Numbered from the stretch's first letter, positions 24,712 to 34,719 are shown. The stretch: 64,000 bases of DNA from Opitutia bacterium UBA6410 (GCA_002437405.1 DJPO01000006.1:6207-70206), one strand, 5' to 3'. Translations and numbers: made by a program. Notes: generated by a model from the letters alone, not told the origin.

Positions 24712-25977
24712 ATGCCCAATCTCAATATCAGTCTTGCGCCCGACCGCGCCGCCGTCGAAAAATTCGAGGCGCGGAAAGCTACGCCGTCTTCAATGACGAG
24801 CGCGGAGTGGGCGCGCGTTGCGCCCGCAATCCGCGAAAAGTGCTTTTTCTCGGCTCGCGTCAACGACGCGGAGACGCTCGGCAAAATGCGCGAGCTCATC
24901 GGGAAGGCTGTGGATACGGCGAAGCGCAACCCGAATGAGGCTTTGGTGTCGCAGGAGAAGTTCATTTCGGAGATGAAGTCGTATTTGCGCGGACGCGGAT
25001 ATGCCGTCGACGGTACGGCTTTGACCGATATTGCGAGCCGCCGCCGATTGGGGCTCATCTACAAGATGAACTACGACGAAGCCCGCGAATTTGCCAAATA
25101 CTCACGCGGGCAGGATTCTGACGCACTGTTTATGTATCCTGCGCAGGAATTTTTGCGCGTAGAGCCGCGCCGCGTCCCGCGCACCGACTGGCAGACGCGC
25201 TGGCGCGCTGCGGGCGGTAGAATCTACGGCGGGCGAATGGTTGCGCTTAAGTCGTCGCCTGTCTGGCAAAATCTTTCGCGATTCGACAGACCTTATCCGC
25301 CGTTTGATTTTGGGAGCGGAATGGGGGTGGAAGACGTAGACCGCGACGAAGCTATCGAACTGGGATTGCTCCCCAAAGACGAGCCAGTTGATGAAATCCC
25401 CGACTTCGACGATGCGTTGGAGGCTGAAGTTTCGCTTGAAAGAATCCCCGAAGACCTCGTCAAAGACATCGTAGCCAAAACGCCGAATTGCGAAATTCGC
25501 GGTGACAAGCTCGTAATGCGCAGCAAGCCGAAATTGCCGACGTTCGCCGATAAGGGGCTTGAATCCGCTTCAACGTGGAAAAGTTCCACTCCGAATATAA
25601 AAGAAGTTCTCGTTGATGTGGATTTAGCAAAGAAAAAACTTCAAGACGGTTTTGTGATCGAATCTTCAATAGGCACAAACATCGATTTTAACAAAAACGT
25701 CTTGGTGCATTGGGAAGAGTCTCTAAAACGCGCAGACGACATTTTCGGCAGACTTGAAAGAATACGCGTTGCCGAAGGATGCGTACGCGATGCACTCGAA
25801 GTTTGGCGGTTACCGAACGGTCAAATGATGTTTATAAGCACATTTGAAACCGTTTCTGGCAAAAAGAAAGGAATCGCGGTTGCTGTCTCCGATGGCTCTA
25901 TTGTCCGTACATGGTTTGTAAATAAAATTCAGGAACTGGATAAATGCCGAAAAGGAGAACTGATTTACAAGCGCTGA
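24712..25977 (+). CDS. MuF-like minor head protein with an additional C-terminal domain
   Basis: The N-terminal 230 aa or so (FFSARVNDAETLGKMRELIGKAV...YPAQEFLRV...PPFDFGSGMGV) look like Mu F/SPP1 gp7. The remaining 180 aa or so are AT-richer and unrelated. Confidence 0.6.
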   Translation: MPNLNISLAPDRAAVEKFEARKATPSSMTSAEWARVAPAIREKCFFSARVNDAETLGKMRELIGKAVDTAKRNPNEALVSQEKFISEMKSYLRGRGYAVDGTALTDIASRRRLGLIYKMNYDEAREFAKYSRGQDSDALFMYPAQEFLRVEPRRVPRTDWQTRWRAAGGRIYGGRMVALKSSPVWQNLSRFDRPYPPFDFGSGMGVEDVDRDEAIELGLLPKDEPVDEIPDFDDALEAEVSLERIPEDLVKDIVAKTPNCEIRGDKLVMRSKPKLPTFADKGLESASTWKSSTPNIKEVLVDVDLAKKKLQDGFVIESSIGTNIDFNKNVLVHWEESLKRADDIFGRLERIRVAEGCVRDALEVWRLPNGQMMFISTFETVSGKKKGIAVAVSDGSIVRTWFVNKIQELDKCRKGELIYKR

Positions 25978-26101
25978 AAAAAAGAGTGCCGCCCGTTTGC
26001 GACTCCGTGCGACACTCAGAAGCAAAGTATCGCGGCCGCACCGCACTTTAACCTCTGACATTTTTAATATCGTACAAAACACCCCAGAAATCAACTAAAA
26101 A

Positions 26102-26683
26102 ATGCTCTTCAAACTAACAGTTAAGTCTAAAGCGGGCGCGGACATAAAGCGCATCGAGGCGTTGGAGGCGAAACTTGCCGACAGGGCGGCTCTCAACAAA
26201 TACGTCGGAATGGGCTTTGCACGCACTTTGCAGCGGCATTTCAAGGCACTCGACAAACGCCCGAATAAGCGCGGTTGGCGCAGGCTCGGTTTTTGGGGCG
26301 GGATTGCGCGTGCTACGTCGTTTCTTTCTGCCGACGAAAACGGCGCGACTGTTTCGATTTCGGGCGTCGAAGGCCCGAAGTTCGCGGCGAAAGTTTTCGG
26401 CACACGAATCACGCCCAGAGGCGGCAAGAAATTTTTGGCGATTCCCGCCATCGAATCCCGCTACGGCGTTATGCCGTCGACGCTCCCTCAGGACGAACTT
26501 GAATTTCGCCGAACGCGCAAAGGCGGGCTGCTGGGCAAAATCCGCGCCGACGGCTCAATGACAGTCCACTACTGGCTTGTACGGTCGGCGAATATTCCGC
26601 GCGACGCCGATGCGCTGCCTGCGTCCGAAACCGTCCGCGCCGATGCGGAAAAATCAATTTCAACGTATTTAAATAAGCGATGA
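26102..26683 (+). CDS. Virion morphogenesis / neck protein candidate
   Basis: 193 aa, between the head and tail genes. The assignment is positional. Confidence 0.35.
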   Translation: MLFKLTVKSKAGADIKRIEALEAKLADRAALNKYVGMGFARTLQRHFKALDKRPNKRGWRRLGFWGGIARATSFLSADENGATVSISGVEGPKFAAKVFGTRITPRGGKKFLAIPAIESRYGVMPSTLPQDELEFRRTRKGGLLGKIRADGSMTVHYWLVRSANIPRDADALPASETVRADAEKSISTYLNKR

Positions 26684-27114
26684 GCGAAGAAAACAACAAT
26701 CTTTATAAATTTCAGGAATGGCTTGAAGGCAAAATCTCGGCGGTATTGCCCGAAGAGGTCGAAATTCTCTGCCGAAGAAAGGGCAACATCGACAACGACG
26801 TTCGCAACGCGCTCTCTAAAATCGGCGTTGCGGTGGTGATAGAGCCGCCGCTCGTGCGCCAGTGGACGGATAGCTACATTTTGAAAGCGGAGGTCGTCGA
26901 AAGCGAAATCCACTTCATCGAAAACGTGACGCTCAAAAAGAGCGAACGTACGGCGTCGGGGCTGTTGCTCGACGTGTCGCGGGCAATACATCAGGAACGT
27001 TGCGACGAGCTCGGCGCGTCGGTGGTGCGGCTCGGGCAGATTGACGACCTTTCGCCCTCCGACCAGCCGCTTGTCCACTACGTCCTCACCGTTTCGAACG
27101 CGCTCAACATTTAA
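26680..27114 (+). CDS. Tail completion/terminator protein candidate
   Basis: 144 aa with ATGA coupling to the upstream gene. The assignment is positional. Confidence 0.35.
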   Translation: MSEENNNLYKFQEWLEGKISAVLPEEVEILCRRKGNIDNDVRNALSKIGVAVVIEPPLVRQWTDSYILKAEVVESEIHFIENVTLKKSERTASGLLLDVSRAIHQERCDELGASVVRLGQIDDLSPSDQPLVHYVLTVSNALNI

Positions 27115-27136
27115 CACCAAACAAGGAAACATAACA

Positions 27137-28102
27137 ATGAAAGCATATCCGCTCGAAGACATCAAAGCACCCGCGTACCTCTACATCGGGAACTCGGTGC
27201 TGTTTATCAAAGACACAATCAAGGTTCAAAAAACATCGACGCTTTTGGACGTTGCGACATCGCACAACATCAAGGCGGGCGACATACTCACCGACCAATC
27301 CGTAACGATCAAGGCGTCGCCCGTGGCGTTCTCGAACACCGACGCGCTTTTTAAGGAGCTTTCGCTCGTCAAGGGCGCACGGCTGCCGAAAATCGACAAC
27401 TGCGCAATCGTCGCCCGCGTGGCGAGCGGCAAGTGGGTCAAGTGGGCGTTTGCTCCTGCAATCCACGACACAATCGGCTCGATTACGTTCGGCGCGAACC
27501 TGCCGCTCGGCGAGCACGGCTGGACGGTTTATCCCGATCCGCTCAACCCCTCGACGCCGCTTGTTACGGTGACCGAACTGACCGCCGCGCCCACTGCCGG
27601 CAAGCTCGAAGACGCGGGCAAATTTATGCTGCGCTGTCTGGGCGTTTTCGGCTCTGGCGACGACAAAATCGAATTCGATACCGACGGCGCGTCCATCGAA
27701 ATTTCGCTCTCGACGGAAGACGCTCAAAACGACCGCCTGATAAAATACGGCAAAAATTTGACCGACATTTCGGTTTCGGCGAAGTTCAAGCCGCGCAACA
27801 TTTCGCTTGCCGACTGGCAAAAACTCACGGGCATAACGACGAGCGAAACCATCGGGCAGTTCAAGGGCGTGTCGAGCTTCCCGAACCTCGTTCTGCGCGG
27901 GGCAAAACAGGGCGACGTCCAATTCACACTCGCTTCCGCGCGTGTAAAAGATCCGTCCGCGACGTTTTCGCCAAAGGAAGCCCTTATGGACGAATTGACG
28001 TTTGAAGCCCACGGCGACACGCTCGGCGACAACAAGCTGACAATCGGCACTGCCGCCGCCGACTTTGTTTTCGAGTCGGCAACCGAAGATTCCACCGAGT
28101 AA
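27137..28102 (+). CDS. Putative major tail (tube) protein
   Basis: 321 aa from ATG 27137 (AAGGAAAC SD). It lies between the completion proteins and the chaperone/tape-measure block. No sheath-sized gene is present. Confidence 0.4.
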   Translation: MKAYPLEDIKAPAYLYIGNSVLFIKDTIKVQKTSTLLDVATSHNIKAGDILTDQSVTIKASPVAFSNTDALFKELSLVKGARLPKIDNCAIVARVASGKWVKWAFAPAIHDTIGSITFGANLPLGEHGWTVYPDPLNPSTPLVTVTELTAAPTAGKLEDAGKFMLRCLGVFGSGDDKIEFDTDGASIEISLSTEDAQNDRLIKYGKNLTDISVSAKFKPRNISLADWQKLTGITTSETIGQFKGVSSFPNLVLRGAKQGDVQFTLASARVKDPSATFSPKEALMDELTFEAHGDTLGDNKLTIGTAAADFVFESATEDSTE

Positions 28103-28111
28103 GCGCGGAAA

Positions 28112-28411
28112 ATGAAGCGAATTGACCTCACAAAAGAACCCGTCGGGGGTATGACGCTGTTTTTTCCGTGGCGTTGGAAAGGCGGAATCGGAGAGCGCAT
28201 TTCGGCGACCGCGCCACAATCGGGCGCGATCACGCTGAGAGTCGCCTCCGTGCTCGACGCGACCGTCCGCGCGGACGGTATCTACTCAGGCGGGGAAAAA
28301 CTCGACATCGACACCGTTGCAGCGGAATCGGGCTTTGCGCCCGAACAGCTGCTGGCGTACGGACGCAAAAAGCCGCGCGATGTGTCGATCGTCAGATTGG
28401 AGAAAGTATGA
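28112..28411 (+). CDS. Hypothetical tail-region protein
   Basis: 99-aa ORF coupled to the next gene. Confidence 0.4.
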   Translation: MKRIDLTKEPVGGMTLFFPWRWKGGIGERISATAPQSGAITLRVASVLDATVRADGIYSGGEKLDIDTVAAESGFAPEQLLAYGRKKPRDVSIVRLEKV

Positions 28412-28890
28412 TGCCGAGACTGCGACTAATCTTGGGCGATACCGTAATTGCCGATTCGGCGGCCGATGGAATCACCCGCTGGATACGCGCCGCAAAGCCC
28501 GAGCTTACCGTGCCCTCCGACAGCATACCCATTGTCGGGGGGCGGTATGCCCGCAACCGCGCGAAATCGTGGGGGCTGTCGCTTTCGTTTTCGGTGTCCG
28601 TCGGGCGGCAATTTCAATCGTACGCGCAGGCGGACGACTTTGCGATTGGGCACATCGCCGGTCTCGTAGGGGCGAGCGGGCTGCTTAAATATGAAGGTTT
28701 GCTCGGCAATTTGTACGGCTTTGAAAATTCCGTGCTCGAGAACGCGCGAATCGTAAACGAAACGGGCATATCGTCGGAGATCGAATATTCGTTCCGCTGC
28801 GGGCGTCCAGTGAAAAAGTTCGACACGCTCGTCGTCGTAAACGGCGCAATCCTAAAAATCGGGGATTTTTTCCCTGTAATTAAGATGTAA
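28408..28890 (+). CDS. Hypothetical tail-region protein
   Basis: 160 aa from ATG 28408 (MMPRLRLILGD), overlapping the upstream stop. The ORF-track extension from 28168 is rejected. Confidence 0.4.
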   Translation: MMPRLRLILGDTVIADSAADGITRWIRAAKPELTVPSDSIPIVGGRYARNRAKSWGLSLSFSVSVGRQFQSYAQADDFAIGHIAGLVGASGLLKYEGLLGNLYGFENSVLENARIVNETGISSEIEYSFRCGRPVKKFDTLVVVNGAILKIGDFFPVIKM

Positions 28891-28894
28891 TACT

Positions 28895-30475
28895 ATGAAT
28901 TTGGAAGAAAAAGAAATCAAACAGTTCGAGGAGTTCGACGAAGTGTCGCCCGAATCCTCGCAAAATCTGATAACCGACAAAGGTCGGTTTTCACTCGGGA
29001 CATTGTACAATGCGGTTGTATCGTATGCCACCGAACTGATAAATGCGGCCGTGCAATCGGCGACAACTTCGGCTACCGTTTCCGCCCAAAATGCGGAGTC
29101 GGCTAAAAACGCCGCCGAGCTTGCCAAGACGCAAGCGCAGGCGATTAGCGACCCCGAAAATAGGATTGGTAATCTGCAAATTCTAAAGCAAAATTGCGGT
29201 CGATTGTACTTAAACGGCGGATACGCTACTACGAATTGCAAACCGACGTTCGGCGCGGCTCAATCTTTGATATTCACCTACGAAGTTTCCGAATCAGAGC
29301 TTTATTCGGGCTATTGGGCGATTATCGGGAATTGTTTTGACCAAATAGTAGGACAAACGGGTATTTCGTTTGCGAAATTAAGCACTTACGCAAGAGTCGG
29401 TTTCAACTGGGGCGGTACGAGCGATACCAGAACGTTGAAAACCGTGCAAATTGCGCAATTCGCCGACGGCAAGCCGCACGCGTGGGCGTTGGTTTGCGGC
29501 AAAAACGCGACCAACGGATTTTTGAAACTCTACCGCGACGGCGTTTTGATAATCTCGGAAACTTCGCTTGCACTATTTGAGGATTTCACACCCCAAAACG
29601 GTTTTTATTTCGGCAGGGGACAATCGACGGCATCCAATGTCGTTCCCGCAAAAGGCAGGCTTTCGCGCGTTGCGTTTTTCAACTTCGACGTTTCCGAATC
29701 CGACGCATCTTATACACTCGCAGATTATCAATCGGGTAAGTCAATTCCGCCTACTCTCAACTTAATGGCGCAGGACATATTGACGCTCAAGGAATCCGAC
29801 ATTACGAATCTAACATATTTTACCAATCGAGCGGACGCAGTTCAGTACGCTGGAGTTTGGGAAGGGGATTATTTTGTTTTGAAGAATACGGCAGATACAA
29901 CTGTTGATACTTCAATGAAACAAACTTTTTACATCAATCCTATTTATACGCTTGCTGCAACTATCCCCGCTGGGGCTTTGGTTGAAGTATCTTTTGAAGA
30001 ATGGATTTTTAATACAGATTATTTTACTACAACTCCAACCTTACCAACAGACCCTTCGGCTCAACGTTTTTACGGTTGGTTAACAGTTGGGGTAGCAAGA
30101 GGCAACACAGAGCACGGTAAAACTATAACAGATAAAAAATTTAGATTTTACGCGCGCGAAGCCTCAACGGTTTTACATTTTGCAAACTATGCGTTTGGAC
30201 TGAGAAGTAATATTTCAGTAGGTGATACAATCCCAGCAAATACGGCTTTCTGCAAAATAAAGGGTCTTAAAATCAAAGTAAATGGAACATATCTAAACCT
30301 CGAGAGCTACACAATCGCCCGCAACACTACGACGCGGCTTATCAAAGACTTGTCGGCTGGCGGATATGACGCGACGATTACGGGCGAAATCCGCGGCGAT
30401 ATGGACAGGCGCGTCGAGGTTTTCGTAGACGAGCTCAAAACACAAATTGTACAATCATCATCAACAACGGATTAA
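28895..30475 (+). CDS. Tail fibre / receptor-binding protein with LamG (concanavalin-like) domain
   Basis: The N-terminal fibre-type coil is SATTSATVSAQNAESAKNAAELAKTQAQAI. The LamG-like block is WAIIGN...HAWALVCG...LKLYRDGVLI...GRLSRVAFFNFDVSE. The distal part is AT-richer. Confidence 0.6.
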   Translation: MNLEEKEIKQFEEFDEVSPESSQNLITDKGRFSLGTLYNAVVSYATELINAAVQSATTSATVSAQNAESAKNAAELAKTQAQAISDPENRIGNLQILKQNCGRLYLNGGYATTNCKPTFGAAQSLIFTYEVSESELYSGYWAIIGNCFDQIVGQTGISFAKLSTYARVGFNWGGTSDTRTLKTVQIAQFADGKPHAWALVCGKNATNGFLKLYRDGVLIISETSLALFEDFTPQNGFYFGRGQSTASNVVPAKGRLSRVAFFNFDVSESDASYTLADYQSGKSIPPTLNLMAQDILTLKESDITNLTYFTNRADAVQYAGVWEGDYFVLKNTADTTVDTSMKQTFYINPIYTLAATIPAGALVEVSFEEWIFNTDYFTTTPTLPTDPSAQRFYGWLTVGVARGNTEHGKTITDKKFRFYAREASTVLHFANYAFGLRSNISVGDTIPANTAFCKIKGLKIKVNGTYLNLESYTIARNTTTRLIKDLSAGGYDATITGEIRGDMDRRVEVFVDELKTQIVQSSSTTD

Positions 30476-30480
30476 AAAAT

Positions 30481-30768
30481 ATGGCAAAAAAAATACTACT
30501 TAAATCAAAAGACGGCGTTGAGGTATCCTTTGCTTTGACGCAAATTATACTCAAAGGCGAGACAACGATTAAATTCCCCGACGCGGAAGAATGGTCGGAC
30601 GGGGCATCAAAAACTTATGTCTACGGCGACAGTTATATCGCAAAAATCCCCGACGAGCTCTTTGCACAGGTTGCGGCGGCTCTCATGCCCGCTCCTGCGA
30701 CCGAAAACCCGACGGAGAGCGACGCGGAAACCGAAACCGCTTCGGACGAACCTGAAACTGAGGAATAA
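30481..30768 (+). CDS. Hypothetical small protein with acidic tail
   Basis: 95-aa ORF whose C-terminus is ENPTESDAETETASDEPETEE. Confidence 0.4.
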   Translation: MAKKILLKSKDGVEVSFALTQIILKGETTIKFPDAEEWSDGASKTYVYGDSYIAKIPDELFAQVAAALMPAPATENPTESDAETETASDEPETEE

Positions 30769-30770
30769 AT

Positions 30771-31148
30771 ATGGACGACAAAAACGATATGGCGACGTTC
30801 TTGGGGTACGAAACCGTCGCTTTGACAAAACCCGTCGGCGACAAAAAAACCGTCAAAGTAAAATGCCTGCCCGTGCGGGCTTTCGCTGAATACGCCGCGC
30901 TCATCGAAGACGAATCGGCTCTCGTCGAAATGTTCACGGGGCTTACGCCGGACGAGGTAGACGCGCTTGCAATCGACGACTTTGTGGCAATCTTGAAGAA
31001 AGGGCACGGGCTGAATTTTGTCCCTTTTTCGGATTGGCTGAAGCGCAAAGTGGAAGCCAAGAAAATGATTGCCCAAGCGTACGGAATCCGACTTCCGAAC
31101 GAATCCCCAGCTGGAAACGGCTCGCCGGACTCGTCGCAGGAATTGTAG
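30771..31148 (+). CDS. Tail assembly chaperone (gpG-like)
   Basis: 125 aa, immediately upstream of the tape measure. An ORF overlaps it in the -1 frame. Confidence 0.6.
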   Translation: MDDKNDMATFLGYETVALTKPVGDKKTVKVKCLPVRAFAEYAALIEDESALVEMFTGLTPDEVDALAIDDFVAILKKGHGLNFVPFSDWLKRKVEAKKMIAQAYGIRLPNESPAGNGSPDSSQEL

Positions 31149-31336
31149 TCGAAAGCGGAATGAAATGGGACGATGTTCTCGATCTTACGCCGCTTCGATT
31201 GCAATCCGTCTGCAAGGCGATTGAAAAACGTAGAATAATCGACAAACTCGGCGTGTTCGACGCCCAAGCTGCGCTCATAGACGAAAAAGCCCTCAATCGT
31301 CTAAAATCCGAATTGAGGGTTTTTGAGGAGGAGTAA
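30771..31336 (+). CDS. Predicted -1 frameshift fusion product (gpGT-like)
   Basis: The -1 frame stays open to 31336. A candidate slippery heptamer C_CCT_TTT lies at 31022-31028, in the zero-frame register. Confidence 0.4.
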
Positions 31337-31344
31337 TTCGCTCT

Positions 31345-31545
31345 TTAACTTTCTCTATGGTTGCGTTCCCGCCAAGTCGTACTTTCCGTCGAAGTCGAAT
31401 TTTTGCGTTTTATTTCTTCCAGCTGTTTTTCAATACGTCTTTTCAAGTCTTCCAAATTGGATTGAATACGGCTCAAATCCTTCAATTTACGATTGAATTC
31501 AAACCGTAATGCCGTTCTTAAAAGTTCTCTTTCTATGACATCCAT
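31345..31545 (-). CDS. Reverse-oriented small coiled-coil protein (possible moron)
   Basis: 66 aa (MDVIERELLRTALRFEFNRKLKDLSRIQSNLEDLKRRIEKQLEEIKRK...). It fills an AT-rich 270-nt gap between the chaperone and tape-measure genes. Confidence 0.35.
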   Translation of the reverse strand: MDVIERELLRTALRFEFNRKLKDLSRIQSNLEDLKRRIEKQLEEIKRKNSTSTESTTWRERNHRES

Positions 31546-31606
31546 TTCTTAACTTCAGAAAGTATCTTTAACTTTATCGTAAAAATCAACAAAATTTGAA
31601 CAAAAA

Positions 31607-34600
31607 ATGGCGAACGATAAATACAATATTGAAATCGAATTGAAAGCCGAACTTGAAGAGGCGTCGAAAGCGATTGAAACGTTAAAAGAGATACAAATGA
31701 CTTCCAATGATTTATCGGGAAGCATTTCATCTACAAGAACTGTCGTTAACGGCTTCTTTATGGAGCTTGGTGCGATGGGTGCGCGGTTGGCGACACAGTT
31801 GCCCGCGGCATTGTTGAAGAGTATCGAGGCATTCGGCCAGCAGGAAATGGCGGTGCAAAAGCTGACGGCAGCGATACGCGCAAACGGCGGGAATGTGTCG
31901 GAGGTCGTGCCCATTATGCGGGAATTTGCCTCCGAAATCCAGCGCATTACGACGTACGGTGACGAACAGGTGCTTGCGATGCAGGCGATGGCGTCGTCGA
32001 TGGGTGTTTCGTCCGACCAAATGCAGGGTGTCATACGGTCGGCGATCGGTCTTGCGTCGGCTTTAAATATGGACGTTATGACCGCCGTTAAAGCCGCTTC
32101 CGCCGCCGTACAAGGCAAAACTGGCGCATTGCAGGAATATATTCCATCGCTTTCGAAATGCAAAACCGAGGCGGAAAAACTCGCGGCTGTCCAAAAATTG
32201 TCCGCGTCGGGGTTCGCGCAGGCTCGGGCCGAAGCGCAAACCGCTACGGGCAAACTAAAACAATGCGCGAATGCTTGGGGCGACCTCGCCGAAGTCGCTG
32301 GCGGCATATTTGCGCCTGTCGCGACGGACATCGCCGGATTGCTCAAGGGCATGTGCGAGGTGTTTTCGGAAAATTCGGGCATAGTTGCGGCACTTACGGG
32401 CTCGTTTACATCTTTGGCCGTATCGATGGCGTTTACGAAAATCGGCGGACTGCCCAACGTTATTGCGCTGATAAAGCTCACGGGCGGCTCGCTTATAGGC
32501 GTCAAAGGCGCAAGCGATGCGCTCAATGCGTCGCTAAAAGCCAACCCGATCGGCGCGGCAATCAGCGTTGCAATTACCGCAGTCACGGCGTTGACGGCGG
32601 CGTATTCGTATTTTAAGGGCAAAGCGGACGAAACCTACAAAAACAATATCGAGCAATCCGCCGAATATCGTTCCGCGCTCGACGCCGAAATCGAATCGCT
32701 AAAGCAGTGGGGCATCGGGCTGGACGATAACAAAAGGCGGGTTGCGGAAATTTCCGCCGAGATTGAAAAGCTCGAAGCCGCGCAGACTAAATTTTTGGAT
32801 TCGGCGGGAATGCGCGGGCACGGAATGGGCGCGGGAATGCGAATCTATTCGGCGGACGAACAGGCGCAACTTGACAACTATTCGGCGAAAATCGAAAAAC
32901 TCAACGAACTTAAAAACACGCTGGCGGACTCGGGCAAGCTCGCGGAGCTTGCCGAAAAACGCCACGCCGAAGCGGTCGAAAAGTCCAACGCGATACTCGC
33001 AGAGAGCGAAGCCAAAACGCTCGCGGTGGTCGACGGAACGGAAGCCCTACGGCAGATTCGGCAAAAATACGCCGACACGGAACGGGAAATCGCCGACATA
33101 GAAGCCGCGTTTGCCGACGGTTCCGTGGCGGACTCGGAACGTGTCGCAAAAGCAAACCGCCTCGCGCAGGCGCGGAAGGAAATTTTGGAACTCGAAAAAT
33201 CCGAAGCCGAACAGGTTTTAAAAAACGGCGAAAACGCCATGACCGCCGAAACGCTGAAGCTTTTGTCGCGGAAAATGTCGCTTGAAACACAGATTGTCGC
33301 CGCCCGAAACCGCGGCGATTTGCAGACTCAAAAGAGCATAAACGACTCGCTATGGCTTGTTTCTCAGGATTTGCGCCGAGAAGAATTGGCGCGCAAATAC
33401 ATCACCGCGCTAAAAGATACGGTACAAACTGAAGAGGATTATTTGGCGTTAAAAAAACAAGCCTACGCATCGGCAAACACGACACTGGAAATCGAGCGCA
33501 AAACCGCAATCGAATCGGCAAAAAAAGCCACGGCCGAAAAATGGCTCGCGAACGAAACGGCGGTTGCAAAATCCCGATTGCAGGCGTTGGAGATGGACAT
33601 TCTGACAGCCCGCGCGGCGGGAAATGAAAAGCTTGCGAAAGACCTCGAGGGCTCGCAGCGCATCGCCCAGCTTGCCGCCGAAATCTTCGAAACCACGCGC
33701 CGCGAAGGTATGAGTCGCGACCAGCTCGTAGCCCTGCAAAATTCGGCGAACGAGCAGGCACAGAAACGCTATGCGCTCGAAAAGTCTATCACAGATGAGA
33801 CGGAGCGGCAGAATTTGGCAAAAAATGCGCAGGCGAAAATCGAGGATATTTTGCTTACAAACAAAATCGAGCAGCTCCGCGCCGAGGGTAAAATTTCCGC
33901 CGCGAAGGAATTGGAGCGCGAGCGCGACATAAAGCGGGCTCTCGCGGACTTAAAGGGCGTTTCGGACGCCGACAAGATGAAGCTCGCCGACACAATGCGG
34001 CAGACAAATACCTATCGGGATAGACAGGAATTCGGGCGCAATTCAGGTGGATTCAGCAGTTTCGGCGGGCGCGGCGGATATTCCAACGGAGGTTTTTCGA
34101 GCAGCGGCGGCATGGGATACTCGCAGACGACCTACGGCGGCTACAACGGCGGCGGAATCCGCCAAAGCGGGCGCAGACAACTCGCTCCGTCGCGCAGACA
34201 GGGCGAAACATGGGCACAGGCCAATGCGCGGTATGCCGACGAAATGATGCAAAAACAGCAACAGCGCGAGCAACGCCGCGCCGACAACGATACTCTCGGC
34301 GCGATGACATCGTCGACCGAGCGCATGGCGTTTCAAAGGCAGATGCGCGAAAACGACGTACGGCAATTTCGGGGACTCGGCGACAATGTGTCCGAGCGCG
34401 CCCGAAAAACACTCGGCGATATTTCCGCCGATGCCGACACGATGGCGGGCATCAAACCGCGACTCGGCGGAGCGGTTGCCGAAGCGGCCTCAGATTCGAA
34501 AAAAATCGAGCCCCGCAAGCTCGGGAAATCGGGCAATTCGGACGATTCGGAAAAGTCTCAACGCAAAAACGAAACACCCGCCCGCAAAGCCCTCAACAAC

Positions 34601-34711
34601 CGCACTGCAAACCCGCCGCAAAAAAACGCCGATTCGGGCGGCAGGATTGTCGAGCTGCTTGAATCCATCGAAAAAAGCGTCAGGGGTACAACCGAAAAGG
34701 ACATCAATTAG
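31607..34711 (+). CDS. Tail tape measure protein
   Basis: 1034 aa. The TP901-type core is GDEQVLAMQAMASSMGVSSDQMQGVIRSAIGLASALN. It also has long coiled coils and a Gly-rich C-terminal region. Confidence 0.9.
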   Translation: MANDKYNIEIELKAELEEASKAIETLKEIQMTSNDLSGSISSTRTVVNGFFMELGAMGARLATQLPAALLKSIEAFGQQEMAVQKLTAAIRANGGNVSEVVPIMREFASEIQRITTYGDEQVLAMQAMASSMGVSSDQMQGVIRSAIGLASALNMDVMTAVKAASAAVQGKTGALQEYIPSLSKCKTEAEKLAAVQKLSASGFAQARAEAQTATGKLKQCANAWGDLAEVAGGIFAPVATDIAGLLKGMCEVFSENSGIVAALTGSFTSLAVSMAFTKIGGLPNVIALIKLTGGSLIGVKGASDALNASLKANPIGAAISVAITAVTALTAAYSYFKGKADETYKNNIEQSAEYRSALDAEIESLKQWGIGLDDNKRRVAEISAEIEKLEAAQTKFLDSAGMRGHGMGAGMRIYSADEQAQLDNYSAKIEKLNELKNTLADSGKLAELAEKRHAEAVEKSNAILAESEAKTLAVVDGTEALRQIRQKYADTEREIADIEAAFADGSVADSERVAKANRLAQARKEILELEKSEAEQVLKNGENAMTAETLKLLSRKMSLETQIVAARNRGDLQTQKSINDSLWLVSQDLRREELARKYITALKDTVQTEEDYLALKKQAYASANTTLEIERKTAIESAKKATAEKWLANETAVAKSRLQALEMDILTARAAGNEKLAKDLEGSQRIAQLAAEIFETTRREGMSRDQLVALQNSANEQAQKRYALEKSITDETERQNLAKNAQAKIEDILLTNKIEQLRAEGKISAAKELERERDIKRALADLKGVSDADKMKLADTMRQTNTYRDRQEFGRNSGGFSSFGGRGGYSNGGFSSSGGMGYSQTTYGGYNGGGIRQSGRRQLAPSRRQGETWAQANARYADEMMQKQQQREQRRADNDTLGAMTSSTERMAFQRQMRENDVRQFRGLGDNVSERARKTLGDISADADTMAGIKPRLGGAVAEAASDSKKIEPRKLGKSGNSDDSEKSQRKNETPARKALNNRTANPPQKNADSGGRIVELLESIEKSVRGTTEKDIN

Positions 34712-34719
34712 GAGTTATT

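Noticed and set aside
28168-28407. N-terminal 80-aa extension of ORF 28168-28890
   Set aside because: The extension is Arg-rich and fully overlaps ORF 28112-28411. ATG 28408 gives the usual stop/start coupling.
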